The notes below the pieces were generated by a model. That model was not told the origin of the DNA, searched no databases, and saw only the letters and a list, made by a program, of their open reading frames with translations. Shown in pieces: positions 48,420 to 60,519 of a stretch of DNA of 64,000 nucleotides. Position 1 is the stretch's first letter; the number at the start of each line of letters is the position of its first letter. Location: assembly GCF_006345805.1 (NCBI RefSeq), contig NW_021833020.1, positions 11,198-75,197 on the forward strand, in the 5' to 3' direction. The DNA comes from Octopus sinensis (lineage: Eukaryota). A program made the position numbers and the translations under genes.

Positions 48420-48680
48420 TTGAAACGGAGCGGAGTGAACGATCGTAGAATATCAAGAGGACAAGTGCTGCTGAGCCGGACACACCACAAGGTTCACAGA
48501 GAAGAGATGGATCCGTGCAGTTGCCGAGTGGTACATAAGTGATAGGAAAAGGCCACTGGGAAGGCCACCACACCGATAGAATGACGATTTAGTTACAGAA
48601 TTTGGGTCAAGAATGGTGCAATCGAGACAGAATTGGAAGCGCATTGTGACCAGCGGTGTATAACAACATCAAATGGTTTG
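48420..48680 (+). mobile_element. RTE-clade LINE 3' remnant
   Basis: GCCGGACACACC...GATGG...GAGTGG...AAAAGGCCACTGGGAAGGCCACC gives AGH...RW...EW...KRPLGRPP-like motifs. Confidence 0.5.
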
Positions 48681-48704
48681 GTAGACACTGTTATATATAT
48701 ATAT

Positions 48705-49340
48705 ATATTTAAATAATGAGAGAGATAAATTAATATTAATTTTAATATCAATTTAAAACCAGTAGTCTAGCATACAAAAAATCTGAGCAATCAGAGAAAA
48801 TTCTAATATATGTGTATATTGGCAGGGCAAGACAGCTAGGTAGTCGGCCGTATGCTAGAAATAGATCATCAACGATCAAACTACAAAGAAAGTTCTTTAG
48901 AGGAAAAATTCAGCGAACACCAGAACCAAATTTGGCGGGCAGGACAGATGAAAATTTATATAAAAAACAAAATTAATTGCATACCTCGGTTTCGGCCTTT
49001 AACAAAAGAATTACTTACATAATTCAAATGTCCGTGGCCTCATCAGTACAATCGTTCAGTGTAAATGCAATCTGAAAAACTAACCCCAGCTTTCTGTGCC
49101 AAAACAGACACGTGTTTAGTTTTACCGATTACATTAGGTATAAAATTTCAAATGTCTTAGTTCCGGCGCGCTAAAGAATTCCTGAAGCGAAGAACTGCAG
49201 TAAATAATTCACTGCGGTTAGTGCTTGCTACTAGAGAACGTATTTATTTCAATATTTAAATAATGAGGGAGATAAATTAATATTAATTTTAATTTCAATT
49301 TCTAGCATACGGCCGACTACCTAGCAGTCTTGCCCTGCCA

Positions 49341-49350
<10 letters not shown>
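48705..49350 (-). mobile_element. Non-coding Penelope-terminus-like element with direct and inverted repeats, carrying a hammerhead
   Basis: Direct repeat TTTAAATAATGAG(A/G)GAGATAAATTAATATTAATTTTAAT at ~48707 and ~49255. Inverted repeat ATATTGGCAGGGCAAGACAGCTAGGTAGTCGGCCGTATGCTAGAAAT (~48816-48865) versus ~49298-49345. Bounded by (TA)n on both sides. Confidence 0.7.
48976..49052 (-). ncRNA. Type I hammerhead ribozyme, canonical core, extended helix II
   Basis: Minus strand: ATTGTA-CTGATGA-GGCC-ACGGACATTT-GAATTA-TGTAAG-TAATTC-TTTTGTTAAA-GGCC-GAA-ACC-GA-GGT-A-TGCAAT. 6-bp helix I, GUA triplet. Predicted cleavage between 48982 and 48981. Confidence 0.8.
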
Positions 49351-49400
<50 letters not shown>

Positions 49401-49401
49401 C

Positions 49402-49438
<37 letters not shown>

Positions 49439-49579
49439 GTGTGTATGTGTGTGTGAGTGTGTGTGTGTGTATAAACATTACCGATGTCAATTATTAGCTG
49501 TGGGATTATTTCATCCAGGGAAACGTCGAGTGTTAAAAGCACATAAACAAAATACATACAATAAGTATGTGACATCAAT

Positions 49580-50140
49580 AGATTTATATTAGTCGAGGTG
49601 CATTCCTTCCTTCCTCTCTGTGAATCCGGCAAGACCTTGATCGGAAGCTCGGCCTTGGTGTTGCAGGCAGAGCAGCTGTTGTCTTTCTCAATCGCATCCC
49701 ACTCATAGTAATCCACATAGTAATCAGGTGGCCAGAAAATGGAGCAGGTGAAGTAGAAATACCCCGGCAACCACTTCTGACTCTTTCTGGAGTTATGACA
49801 AAGAACCGAATTCTGCTGACACACACACATAGCCTTCCAGCAACAACCATCGTTTGACTACAATCTTCAGCAGCTTCACATAGTCGTGTGAACTGAGGCT
49901 AAGGCCCTTTCCAAAGATATGAGTAGCATGACGTTACCCTCACTGGCGACAAGCCCAAAGTTCATAACACTTTGGGGCAAACTTGATCTTCATGATGTTC
50001 ATGTCACTTCTTACAAGCCTTTCACAGCGCATTGTTCGCAGAGCATTGAGCAGCAGTCATGATGTTGGCATTTTTATACCCCGCATGAAATATGAAACTT
50101 TTCCGATATTCAGATGGCTTCCAGTCCTCCATGCCAACTA
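49580..50140 (-). mobile_element. Tc1/mariner transposase relic (DDD type, probably maT/DD37D-like)
   Basis: KFAPKCYELWA region, EGNVM..HIFGKGL, VAGRLCVCQQNSVLCHNSRKSQKWL, FWPP..DYYEWDAIEK..ACNTKAEL. Confidence 0.8.
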
Positions 50141-50506
50141 ATTTTCGTCAACTACAATTTTAATCTTTATGCTCTTGAGTGACGCTGACCATTCACAAAT
50201 ACATCATGCTCTTCCTGAAAAAGTGGCATAAAATATCGCCAAATTTAGCCCGAATACCACCCTGTACACACACACACACACAGACACCTTAGGTGAGTTA
50301 AAATATGTTCATGACATTTCATCTTATAAGGGCATATTCACTGCAGTTGCCGTGGAGAAAAAAATTCTCTCTTAGGGTAAAAGATGTAAAAACATCATAC
50401 CTGGCCTGTGCTGACTCCTATTGAATTTCCAAGCGCATGTCTAGCTCTTTAGCTTTTATCAAAGAGAAATACCGAAGAGAGGTAGCTCTGGGTAGATTTT
50501 AAAATA

Positions 50507-50585
50507 TACTGTATTTTCCGGTGAACAGGCCGAATTTTTCAGATAAAAATTTACAGCCAAAAAGGTTGGCTAACTTATACACAAA
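50507..50585 (+). mobile_element. Possible pogo/Tigger-like terminal inverted repeat (single end)
   Basis: TA|CTGTATTTTCCGGTGAACAGGCCG...GGCTAACTTATACAC resembles CCGTATTTTCC...CTTATACAC pogo-type termini; no partner end found. Confidence 0.3.
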
Positions 50586-50909
50586 GATGATTTTGAAGAA
50601 CCGAAAATTCCACGCGAAATGCAGCGGGATTTTGAAAGATAATGACTATGTTTTGAATGTTTACACGATATACTACGTCGGTTTTTATGTTGAAAAATAC
50701 AGCACATCATTTCGTCTGCCAATATTCTCTGAAACATTTCCCTCCTTCGGTAAGTTTGTCATCTTTCAAATATATATACTTAGATACTTAGGTTTTGGCC
50801 AGAATTGGCCCGGGTAATGTCTAAATAGCACCACTTGGAAAATATACTTATTAATATTTCATATTACATTCATTCTTTGGTCACCGTATCCTATTCAAGT
50901 GAAGAGTTA

Positions 50910-51600
50910 TATTTTTGCAGTGATATCTACTGGCGTAGGTGGTTTATCTGGAATTTTCGGAGAGATTTTCCCTAAAACCGTTTGAATGTTGTGAGAACTT
51001 TTTCTTCTCTTATGTTTCTTGGCATAGTGTAAAAGAAAGCAAAGCAAGTTGGGGTGAAATAGTTCTGCCTTAGTTTTGTGATGTGACGCGAACACTGTTT
51101 TTGTAGAAGACGGATGGCACGGAGACGAAGCCTTCGTGGATTTGAATTTTAAAGATAATGATAACATTTGATTGATGTTTATGGAATATATTTTCCGCAT
51201 ACAAATGGTTTGACGCTCTCAACGACTTTGGAAGAAATAGAATTTGAGATTAGTTAACCAATCCCAATATTCAAGAACTGTCATGTCGCCTATCTTTTTT
51301 TTGTGATTGATTTCTGAAGTGTTTCAATTTTTAGATTTTGTTTCGTGTAGGGAGAACATAGCCGACTACAGTGTTCAGGGTGAGGACAGGCGAAGGTGGA
51401 GAAGAGAAGGATAACGGTAAGAGCATCTTTAGATTACAAAGTCCTAAGGATCCAGGAGCACGTTCTGTGGACCACGCCAACTTTGTCGTTTATTTGGATA
51501 TTCCAGCATAAGTTGTTGATTCGTTCCCGCATCCATATAATTCTATTAGCCCCAGTTCCCTTCTTCAGTAAATTTGAGAAATTTTTACGTAGAATACAAA
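50910..51600 (-). mobile_element. CR1/L2-type LINE 3' remnant
   Basis: LCWNIQINDKVGVVHRTCSWILRTL*SKDALTVILLFSTF...SPYTKQN...ETLQKSITKKIGDMTVLEYWD...ERQTICMRKIY...KIPDKPP, matching the LEY/WSP/LQRRRER region. Confidence 0.7.
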
Positions 51601-52282
51601 TATTTTTCAACGAATGAGCAAAAAAACACGAACAACAAGAAAAAAGACAAGAAGAACAAATTCTCACAAAGGCATTATTACTTTGAGGCTTGAGAAGAAA
51701 AATGTATGGGTCCTTGACGCTTTGGACATTAGTCTTTCATCATAAAAACGAAAAGGAAAATAGGTAGTGAAAAGGAGGAAAGAAGAATGAAAAAATAGAG
51801 CTAAAAGTGGGAATTCGGTTCTAAGGAGAAGAGTTAAGAAGAGAGGAAGAGGTGGGAATGTTGTGTGCATGTATAGGAGAGCATCCGTGGAAGGAGACGG
51901 GCGTAGAGGGTGCTGTATGAGCACTTTGAGGTGCAGGTGGTTAGCAAAGAGTGAGTGAAGTGGGATGTGAATATGGCATAGGTGAGAGGAAAGCAAAAAG
52001 ACAGGCCAAGTGAGGAAAAAACGATGCTATTGATGAGAAAAAAAAATTAAAGGAGGTACAAGCTGAGAGGAAAAATTACAAAATCGATAAAAAGTGGAAA
52101 AATAAGAAAGAGGTAAGTCATGATGCCCGAAGAAGATGTACTTGAGTGTGAAAGAGTTTACGAAGTAGAAAGGGTTATGAAAAGAGGTAGAGAAAATTGG
52201 AACACGTGGTATCTCTGACAGAGAAATTTGAACGGATCACCACAAAAGGGAAAGGTTGTAAAAGAATGAGAAGATGTAGAAT

Positions 52283-52337
<55 letters not shown>

Positions 52338-52646
52338 ATATATAAATGAATTGTATTAAAAAAAGCAGCAAAAATTGTTGCGAGAAAAGTTATTATACAC
52401 AGGTTGAGAGAAAACGGGTGATGAATATGTTGATGAAATCCAACAAAAATAGTAAAGCTTCCATTATAACTAGAGTGCAACAATCCAATATTACAGAGAG
52501 ACACAGGTATGGTTTATCGATCAGTTGGTGACGTTCGTGAGAAGTCATTCAGGTAAGTAACTGAACCAGGGATGAATTGTTTAAATGAGGTGGAAACATA
52601 TGTTGCTAGGCATAGATCAATGGAAGATTGTAGCGTCGGTTTTGTG

Positions 52647-52677
<31 letters not shown>

Positions 52678-52759
52678 AAGAGAGAGTGAGAGCGATATTG
52701 TAGCGGAAGGTTTGTGGGGAGCGAGGCCTGGTGAGAAACAACCCAGTGTGATATGGCGG

Positions 52760-52912
52760 GTTTCTTTCAGTTTCTGTCTACCAAATCCATTCTCAAGGCT
52801 TTGGTGGACCGGGGCTTTAGTAGAAGATTCTCACCCAAGGTGCTACTCAGTGAGACCGAACTCGGGACTATATTGTTGGGAAGCAAACTTCTTACCACAG
52901 AGTAATGCATGT
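52760..52912 (-). mobile_element. SINE family A 5' half
   Basis: TTTCAGTTTCTGTCTACCAAATCCATTCTCAAGGCTTTGG...GGGAAGCAAACTTCTTACCAC is the reverse complement of the family A head. Confidence 0.7.
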
Positions 52913-53289
52913 GTCTAAAAATACAAATAATTTTTAAAGTTGGCCCGATTTCTAGGTGAAATATCTTTGCTTCAATATTGTTGGGATAGAGTGAATGAAC
53001 GAATAAAAATATTGTAGACAAGTTAAATGACCTACATTTAGATTATATAAAATCTGCTTGATGAAATTCCTAACAATAGAAAAACAGAGATTTTGAAATC
53101 AAGTTATGTACAAGCACATACAAAACCCTTGCAGGAGATATGAATGTCGTATTGGGTTACAGGATACCTCTCAGACATCGTTAGGTCATATGCAAAGAAC
53201 GACTTTATCAGTACAAGAAATAACCTTGAGAATTGTCATAACATTTCGTGACATGTAACGACAGTGGCAACTAACTTATTCTTTATTTT

Positions 53290-53780
53290 GGTCAGGCTTC
53301 CATCCAGTCCTCCAAAACAAAACCATTTCGCCAAACATCTCCATCTATCATCACCACTTTCAGTTCATGGACAGAATCCAATCCTGTGTCCTCTTCCAGG
53401 ATGTCAATAGAAGGCAGACAACATCTCCTACACTTGTTGGTACCATGTTGTGCGTCCCAGAGTTCAAGGTTTTGTGCTTCTTCTTCCTGGTATTGCATGA
53501 AAACATCATTCTCTAATCTTGTTGGTCACTTTTGGAAGGCTTTCATAGGGATGTTCATTGGTTATGTGCTGCAGCCATCTTGCATTCAGGGTCATTCGTA
53601 GCATCCTTGTGCATCAGCCATCTAAACTCTTTCTTGCTTTTCACTGCAATACAAGAACTCTGACTCTTCGGGGGTAAGGAACTGTCTGGTTTTTCTTCCC
53701 TTTCACTTTCATATTTTCCTGAGTCTGAGTCACGCTGTTCAAGTTTATGCTTTTCTGATTTTGATACCAGCATCGCAGAT
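53290..53780 (-). mobile_element. RTE-clade LINE 3' remnant
   Basis: EEAQNLELWDAQHGTNKCRR...IDILEEDTGLDSVHELKVVMIDGDVWR. Confidence 0.65.
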
Positions 53781-53889
53781 GTTTACCCAACTACCAACTA
53801 CCTATCTAAAACTAACAGCAATTACAAAATAGCAAAAATTAAACTGCATGAAGCAAGAATGTGAGCATCACAGCCATCATATGCAAAAC

Positions 53890-54490
53890 GAAAAAAGACA
53901 TTTGGGCCGTATTCACGAGTGATGGGACGAGTGAGGCTGAACTGGATACAAGAATTGCAGGTCCTTGTACAATAATGTGTTAGTTGAAGCGTTCGATCCT
54001 CAGAAGAGCAGCGGTTGGTAAAAGAGCCAAACTAGCTATTTTCAATTTAGTTTTCGTGCCTGTCCTGACCTATGGACATGAATGTTGGGTAATGTCCAAA
54101 AGCATACAATTGAAATTACAAGGAACCGTAATGGGATTCCTCTGAAGGATTTATGAACAAGGTGCGTAGCTCGGACATTAGGGAGTCTCTCTCTTTCAGT
54201 TGAGCCTCTACTTTCCCGCAGTAGGATTCCAAAGCTCTGTTACAATGAACTTGTGATTGAAACATCGCAGAAAAGAATCACAATCTGGATTCTTCAAGCT
54301 GAGCCAACAGGCAGGGGACCGAGAGGTAGACCAAGAGCTAAATGGTTGGATAATATCCACAGATTCAGTTGGTCACACTTGGATATCTACCCAGAAAGAC
54401 TAATGACGGTTCTTGCTCATAGGATGCAATGAAAGATGTGCCCAAGAATTCTGCTCATGACCTTTCCAGGAAGAGTGGGCAGAGAAAATA
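53890..54490 (+). mobile_element. RTE-clade (Expander/Rex3-like) LINE 3' remnant
   Basis: GAVFTSDGTSEAELDTRIAG...KRAKLAIFNLVFVPVLTYGHECWVM...KVRSSDIRESL...QAEPTGRGPRGRPRAKWLDNI. Confidence 0.75.
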
Positions 54491-54865
54491 GATGAATGGA
54501 AAGTTTACTTAAACACTTAGGTTAAATACTTAAATAAATAAAACGCAAGACACAAAATTAGGGACAAGATCAAGGTTATAGTTATATGTGCGATGAAAGA
54601 TTAATAAAAAACACAGAAAACTGAAAGAATAGGGCAGAAATCAGTAGAGTAAAACATGCGCACACTTTTACATGTATGTCACGGGGTGCATCAGCTGTTT
54701 GAGAAGGAAGTTTAAACTAAACAAAAATATTTATTAGAAAATCTTTATAGAATGCGATGAATGATGGACCAAGATGCTTGACATCGCCATGAAAACTTTA
54801 GTATATATAGAAAAACATCTTTATAGAATGCGATACACATATTCTTACATACACATAGCAAACTT

Positions 54866-55760
54866 TTATTTAATGAAACCAGCGTCAACCTCGATTACTG
54901 TCCAGGTAACGCTTCTGAAACGACTAAACGCGTTTATCGGGCGATCTTTACTTATATTGGTCCAAATAGCAAACATCAACGAATCCTTAACAGTGTGGGC
55001 ATGCTCGATGGTCTCCTTCTCTATGATGCCCCAGGCGAAGTAGTCCAGAGCGTTTATTTCGGGAGAGCTAGGAGACGAAATGTTAGAGATGCCATGACTA
55101 TGGAAATCTTTGGCCATCCACTCCTGAGCCGTATAGGGAGTAGAGTCCTTGCTGGGACACGTATGACCTCTCTCGATCCAGGGCAACCGACGCCATTTTC
55201 TTGAGGTGAGCTGTCGCATTAATCTGGCAGGAAAAAGTGAAGTGGCATGACATGGCCCTCATTGTTTATGACCTTCAGACGATGGGAATTTAATGTAGGG
55301 AATTCATTGGCGCCCACACAAAGCCATCTGTTATTCTTCCTGTTCACCTTTTCATTCTAGACAACGATCTTCCCATCTGAGAAGAACCAGAGCCTGTCAG
55401 TCTCCTTGGTGTGCTTGAGTTCGTGCAGCAAGCGCTTTAGCCGGACCACACGGCTCTCCCAAGTTATATCGGATAGGAATTACTTTCTTCTCGTGATATA
55501 GGAAGTCTTCGTGCATCACACATGTAATCGTTGACAATGATATGTGAAGATGTTTGACAATGGCTCACATTGACTGGCCGGGTTTCTTGTTAATGGTGCT
55601 CTGGACTTGATAGACAAACTCAGCTTTCCTGATAATGTCTGACCGTTGAGAATATTATATTTTTTGCCCACGGAAGATACATTCCTACCAGAATCCACGA
55701 GCTTTTTTCTGGTCTTATACATAGCATATAAGACGGTTGCAATCTCAGAATCATTGTGGT
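54866..55760 (-). mobile_element. Tc1/mariner transposase pseudogene (DDD type)
   Basis: QEWMAKDFHSH...PSSPEINALDYFAWGIIEKET...FSRFRSVTWTVIEVDAGFIK* (third catalytic residue D); HTH-region remnant at 55516-55722. Confidence 0.8.
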
Positions 55761-56324
55761 TAGTGTCTTATGTGAAGAGAACAGCATGCATTAAATTCGT
55801 GTGCGTTAGATTCGAAGCTTGTTGGGCTGAAGAAGAGAGAGGATATTTAGTTAAGGTTTGGGCCACTTATGGATCTTAAGACTTTAGTTTCCAAAGAGCT
55901 ACCGTACTCTGTAAAGAGTTCAAACGCTGATTTTGATCGTCTTCAACGCTACTGCAGTCGATGTTGCTTCAAAGTATCCACGAAAGTCACCAGCAAGTCC
56001 ATCAGCCTCCTCATCTTACAGTGAGACAAATGCTTTGAAACTTACTGACCTGCGCAAATAGAACGTATACAGACTTAACAAAGAGGACATTTCTTGGATC
56101 ATTTTACAAAGTTTCTGGTTTTATGATCTATATTTGTCTCCTCAAACATTGTCCGATATTTAAAAAGTACCCGTAATTGTTTGCGTGGGGTAAACCTTTG
56201 TTCGCTCCACTGACCTGGTTTCATGCCAGGCAGTTTCTCCACAGACCAGGGAATCTTGCACATAACAAAACACAACAATCATATAATTTAATTATTACAA
56301 GTATAACACATAGGTTTTATCTTA

Positions 56325-56675
56325 TACTTGTTTCAGTCATTAGACTGTGGCCATGCTGGGGCACCACCTTGAAGAACTTTTGTTAAATGAATCGAGAAAG
56401 TACTTATTCTTTAAGCCTAGTACTTATTTTATTAGCCTCTTTTGTTGAACGGCTAAGTTACGGGGAGAAACAAACCAACACCAGTTGTCAAGCAGTGGTG
56501 AGGGACAAATGCAAACACAGACACATACACACGCAGTTGACAGGATGCTTTCCAGTTTCCGTCTGCAAAATCCACTCATATGGCTTTGGTCTAACCGGGG
56601 CTATCGTAATAGCACGCACTTGTCTAAGATGCCTCGGAGTTGGACTGAACCCGGAACCATTTGATTGAGAAGCGA
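56325..56675 (-). mobile_element. SINE family A, near full length
   Basis: Reverse complement of 1100-1540, from CTTGTTTCAGTCATTAGACTGTGGCCATGCTGGGGCACC to GGACTGAACCCGGAACCAT. Confidence 0.75.
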
Positions 56676-57139
56676 AGCAAAAACATCTTGCAGACTACAA
56701 TAGTCAATAAAATAGAAATGAAATTTTAAAATTTATTCTTTTCGCGAGGCCCGGTAGCAAATGATCCGTGGTGCGGTGGTTGGGGAGACCCCCGCTAGAA
56801 AGAACTGCTTTGCATATACAAACTTGACATTTGATCTCACATTCGCGTATGCTTGACATCAAATCATATGTTGATTGGCTTCTGTTGTTTGCGATTCAGT
56901 ATAATAAAAGCATTATTGCAGTTCACATCTAGGATTACAAACAATGCATACAAACTGACGGCTGAATGGTGCGGGATAGAAATATTCAATACTATCTGAA
57001 AACAAGAAATTATAAATTTCAGAGTATTGAAAGAATCAGCGGGTATCTACTTTCACGGATGACTGAATCATGCATCCATTCATCCATCTATTCTGCCCTC
57101 TATTCATGGAAGAATCATGGAGGTACAGTCCTTAGGCAC

Positions 57140-58010
57140 ACCCCCCATAGGGCCCTTTCAGAAGCAACAACTGTCATTACAATTTCTAGCTGGATTCCTG
57201 AGCATGGCCCACCGAGGCGATGTGTGTAATATCCAACTATCTCATTCTCGGTTTACCTCTGGGTTTCCTGCCGGCTGGCTCGACTTGAGGAATCCGCACC
57301 ACGATGCTTTTCTGTGACATTCTAATCACAGGTACATAGTACTGGAGGTGTGACCTCTGAATTCGGAGAAGTAGTGGACTCGACCTTGAAAGACTTTCTG
57401 ATCTCTGAGCTATGCACTCTGTCGAGTGACGTTACACTTGAAATACCCCGGAGGCACCCCATTTCCTTCGATTGTATTCTTTCGGTCATTATTCAGCATT
57501 CGTGTCCATAGGGGAGGATACACACGAAAACCGAATTGAAAATAGAGAATTTGGCTTTTTTCCACAACCTCTCCTTTTCTCATTTCTGTATTGCCCACAA
57601 AGGGCTAAACACAGAAAGGACAAACAAGGACAGACAAAGGGATTAAGTCGATTACATCGATCCCAGTGCGTAACTGGTACTTAATTTATTGACCCCGAAA
57701 GGATGAAAGGCAAAGTCAATCTCGGCGGAATTGGAACTAGAAACGTAAAGGCAGACGAAATTCCGCTAAGCACTTCGCCCGGTGTGCTAACGTTCCTGCC
57801 AGCTCGCCGCCTTCTCCTTTTCTGAGAACCAAATGCTAGAGTTGGTACATTCCTGTGCTGGCATCTGTATTTCTAGTATCTAATCCAGTCTCCTGCTTTA
57901 CATCACTTGTGAATACAGCTTGGAAATCCTTAAACCCATCCACTTTCCACAGAGTTCACTGGGAAGATTTTGTTGAGAAGTCCCTACTGATTTCAGTTAC
58001 TTGCCATCTG
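57140..58010 (-). mobile_element. RTE-clade LINE 3' remnant interrupted by a SINE
   Basis: FQAVFTSDVKQETGLDTRN...MYQL (57830-57950) and EPAGRKPRGKPRMR*LD (57230-57300); same family as 53890-54490. Confidence 0.55.
57575..57810 (-). mobile_element. tRNA-derived SINE family D
   Basis: Minus strand GGCGGCGAGCTGGCAGG...TAGTTCCAATTCCGCCGAGATTGACTTTGCCTTTCATCCTTTCGGGGTCAATAAATTAAGTACCAG; matches 58195-58350. Confidence 0.8.
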
Positions 58011-58194
58011 AAATATCCCTATTTGCGCGCCATTTTTACTTGAATTCCTTCCTGGGAAACTGTCTGGGCCATAAAATAAATATCCCCTAGTGTAATTAGT
58101 GAATAGCTGAAGTTACTTTCTCAAATCGTCTGGCATTGTCCCTGAGTTTTCTATAGTGTTTTAAATGACAATTTTCGTCTGCTACCATGGCTGT

Positions 58195-58350
58195 TAGCTG
58201 GCAGAATCATTAGCATGCTGGACAAAATGTTTAGCGGATTTCATCCGTCTTCACGTTCCGAGTTCAAATTCTGCCGAGGTCGACTTTGCCTTTCATCCTT
58301 TCGGGGTCAATGAAATAAATACCAGTGAGGAACTGAAGTTGATGTAATCG
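58195..58350 (+). mobile_element. tRNA-derived SINE family D (3'-truncated)
   Basis: AGCTGGCAGAATCATTAGC...GAGTTCAAATTCTGCCGAGGTCGACTTTGCCTTTCATCCTTTCGGGGTCAATGAAATAAATACCAG. Confidence 0.75.
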
Positions 58351-59099
58351 ACAAACCTTTCTTTTCCTCAAAATTTCAGGACTTGTGCTTATTGCAGAAA
58401 GAATTTTCGCCTGCCGCAGGGCAGATATGAGGGACCACATACCTTTCAATGAACTACATCGTCATCTCTGTTTTTAATCACCTCAACGCTTTTATCTTTC
58501 ATATCACCAATATGATATATCATTTCATCGGTTACACTATGAAACAGAATTTGGTGTCCGAATTATTAAACTGTTTTCAGGTCGCTGATTCTAAACATTC
58601 CATCAATTTTTCTCCATATGCTCTGGTTATTGAAATACAACCCACTGGGTACAAGTATTGATGATTACAAATCATTGATGTTACCTTTTGGATAAAAATA
58701 ATGGCTCTATACAAGAAGAATAGGTTTGCTTGGAGTGAAATTACATCCCTAGAATCAGACAATGGTGAAATGAGTGTGTTATCATCGATACAATATTCAT
58801 TTACTCAGATGTTTCATAGAAGTGGTATTTCGGGCTCATCTGTGGTGAACTGACCCATGATGGACAAGACGTCTGGTCCAGCATCATAGGGGTATCTTTG
58901 ATTGTTTCTTACTGCTTAGTCATCTTAGTTGAGTGACCAGCTGCGATCATCAATCCATATTTTTTGTGTTTGTTGACAATCAAAAACTAGAGCTGATGAA
59001 ACTAAATGAAGGTCACATTTTTATTCAGTGGTGTGAATTATCCTAGCCTTGGGTGTAATATCTGGGGCACTGAAAAACTTCCTCAAATATCTTCCCCAT

Positions 59100-59530
59100 A
59101 TAGGTATGGGTATGTGGTAGGAAGTCTGTTTCCCAACTATATGGTCCTGGGTTCGGCCCCACTGCATGGCACTTTGGGCAAGTGTCTCTTACTACAGCCT
59201 TGGGTCAATGAAAGCTTTATGACTAGATTAGATAAATGGAAACTGAAAGAAGCCTGTCCTATACATATTATATGCATGTGTGTTTGTGTATTTTGTGGTA
59301 TATGAATGTGGCTGTGTGTATGTGTATCTTTCTGCTTGTTTTTATCCCTCACTACCTTCTTGACAATCGGTGTGGTAGTTTGTTTACCTCCCTATAATTT
59401 AACGCTTCGGTAATACATATCGACAGATTAAGTAGCAACATTAAAAAAAAGTAATGGGGTCGATTTGTTTGACGAAACCCAACAAAGCCGTACCCAAAAT
59501 GGCCGCAGTCCAATAACTGAAACAAATAGA
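59100..59530 (+). mobile_element. SINE family A, diverged full length
   Basis: Head GTGGTAGGAAGTCTGTTTCCCAAC...GGGTTCGGCCCCAC; tail ATGGCCGCAGTCCAATAACTGAAACAAAT. Confidence 0.7.
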
Positions 59531-59849
59531 TGCAGCTATCAAGTAAAACTTCCTTCCTTTTCTTGTTTATTGCATAGTTTGTATAGAAGCAAAAATTTAC
59601 TTCAGAATAGCGACAGCATTAACGTGTAAGCAAACTGGCGAATATTGGTTAAGGGTCGAGGTTAGAAATTAATGTTAATATTTTTACCGAATAATTGTTT
59701 ACTAATCTGGATGGGAGGGTCACCCAGCCCGTCCGCCGCTGCAAACTGCGTCTATCTATATCATGCAAATTTCAAGACTCAGTGAGCATTGATAAATCGA
59801 ACGCACTTTAAGGCCAACGGATAGCTTTATCGACCAGTACAGATCCATA

Positions 59850-60015
59850 AGTGCAGGCGAGCATGTGTGGTAAGAAACTTCCTTCCCAACCACATGGTCC
59901 CGGGTTCAGTTCTACAGCATGGCACCTTAGGCAAGTGTTTTCAACTATAGCCCCGAGCTGACCAAAGACTTGTGAGTGGATTCGTAGAAGGAAATTGGAA
60001 GAAGCCCGTCATATG
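59850..60015 (+). mobile_element. SINE family A 5' half
   Basis: GTGTGGTAAGAAACTTCCTTCCCAACCACATGGTCCCGGGTTCAG...CTTGTGAGTGGATTCGTAG. Confidence 0.7.
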
Positions 60016-60519
60016 TATGTCATTATTCAATTTATTTTAAGATTTCTTGCCAATAGAGAAAGAAACGATTTCTAACCTAGATCCAAGGCTCCTTCATTGG
60101 AATGTCAACATCAACAACAGGGTATTTTTGTTTGTATGTATGTATGTATGTATGTATGTATGTATGTATGTATGTATGTATGTATGTATGACATAGAAAT
60201 AATCGGACTGAATACTCGATTGTGCGGTTAAACCATTGGGAGTGAAGGACTCCTAGCCTTTGTTAGGGCATCCTTCTAGGAGAAGGTAACTCAGGTAACT
60301 GGGATAACTCCGACATAAAACCTGCAGCTCAGTAGTTACCGATGATGTTGACTTGTTCTTCTTTTAATATTATGGCTGCTGTTGCTTAGTGAGTGGGATT
60401 GACTCAGTGCACAGCTTTTCCTCACTTCAAAAAAAATCTTCTTTCACGGGCATTGCACGATAACAACATTGATTAAGCTTCGCGCAATGGCAATACTCGA
60501 TAACGAGGGGACAGCCACC

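Noticed and set aside
51351-51416. Plus-strand exon between TTTCGTGTAG| and |GTAAGA
   Set aside because: All three frames have stops, and the DNA is explained as the antisense of the CR1/L2 remnant.
51664-52260. Purine-rich stretch as a lysine/glutamate-rich CDS
   Set aside because: Multiple stops and no recognisable motif; possibly a very old LINE fragment, but unassignable.
56750-56797. hAT/Charlie-like MITE end (GGTGGTTGGGGAGACCCC)
   Set aside because: Under 50 bp with no partner end or TSD; too little to call.
60235-60300. HDV-like ribozyme in an RTE 5'-UTR-like segment
   Set aside because: A GGGAGT/ACTCCT hairpin is present, but I could not build the nested double pseudoknot or find the catalytic C strand.
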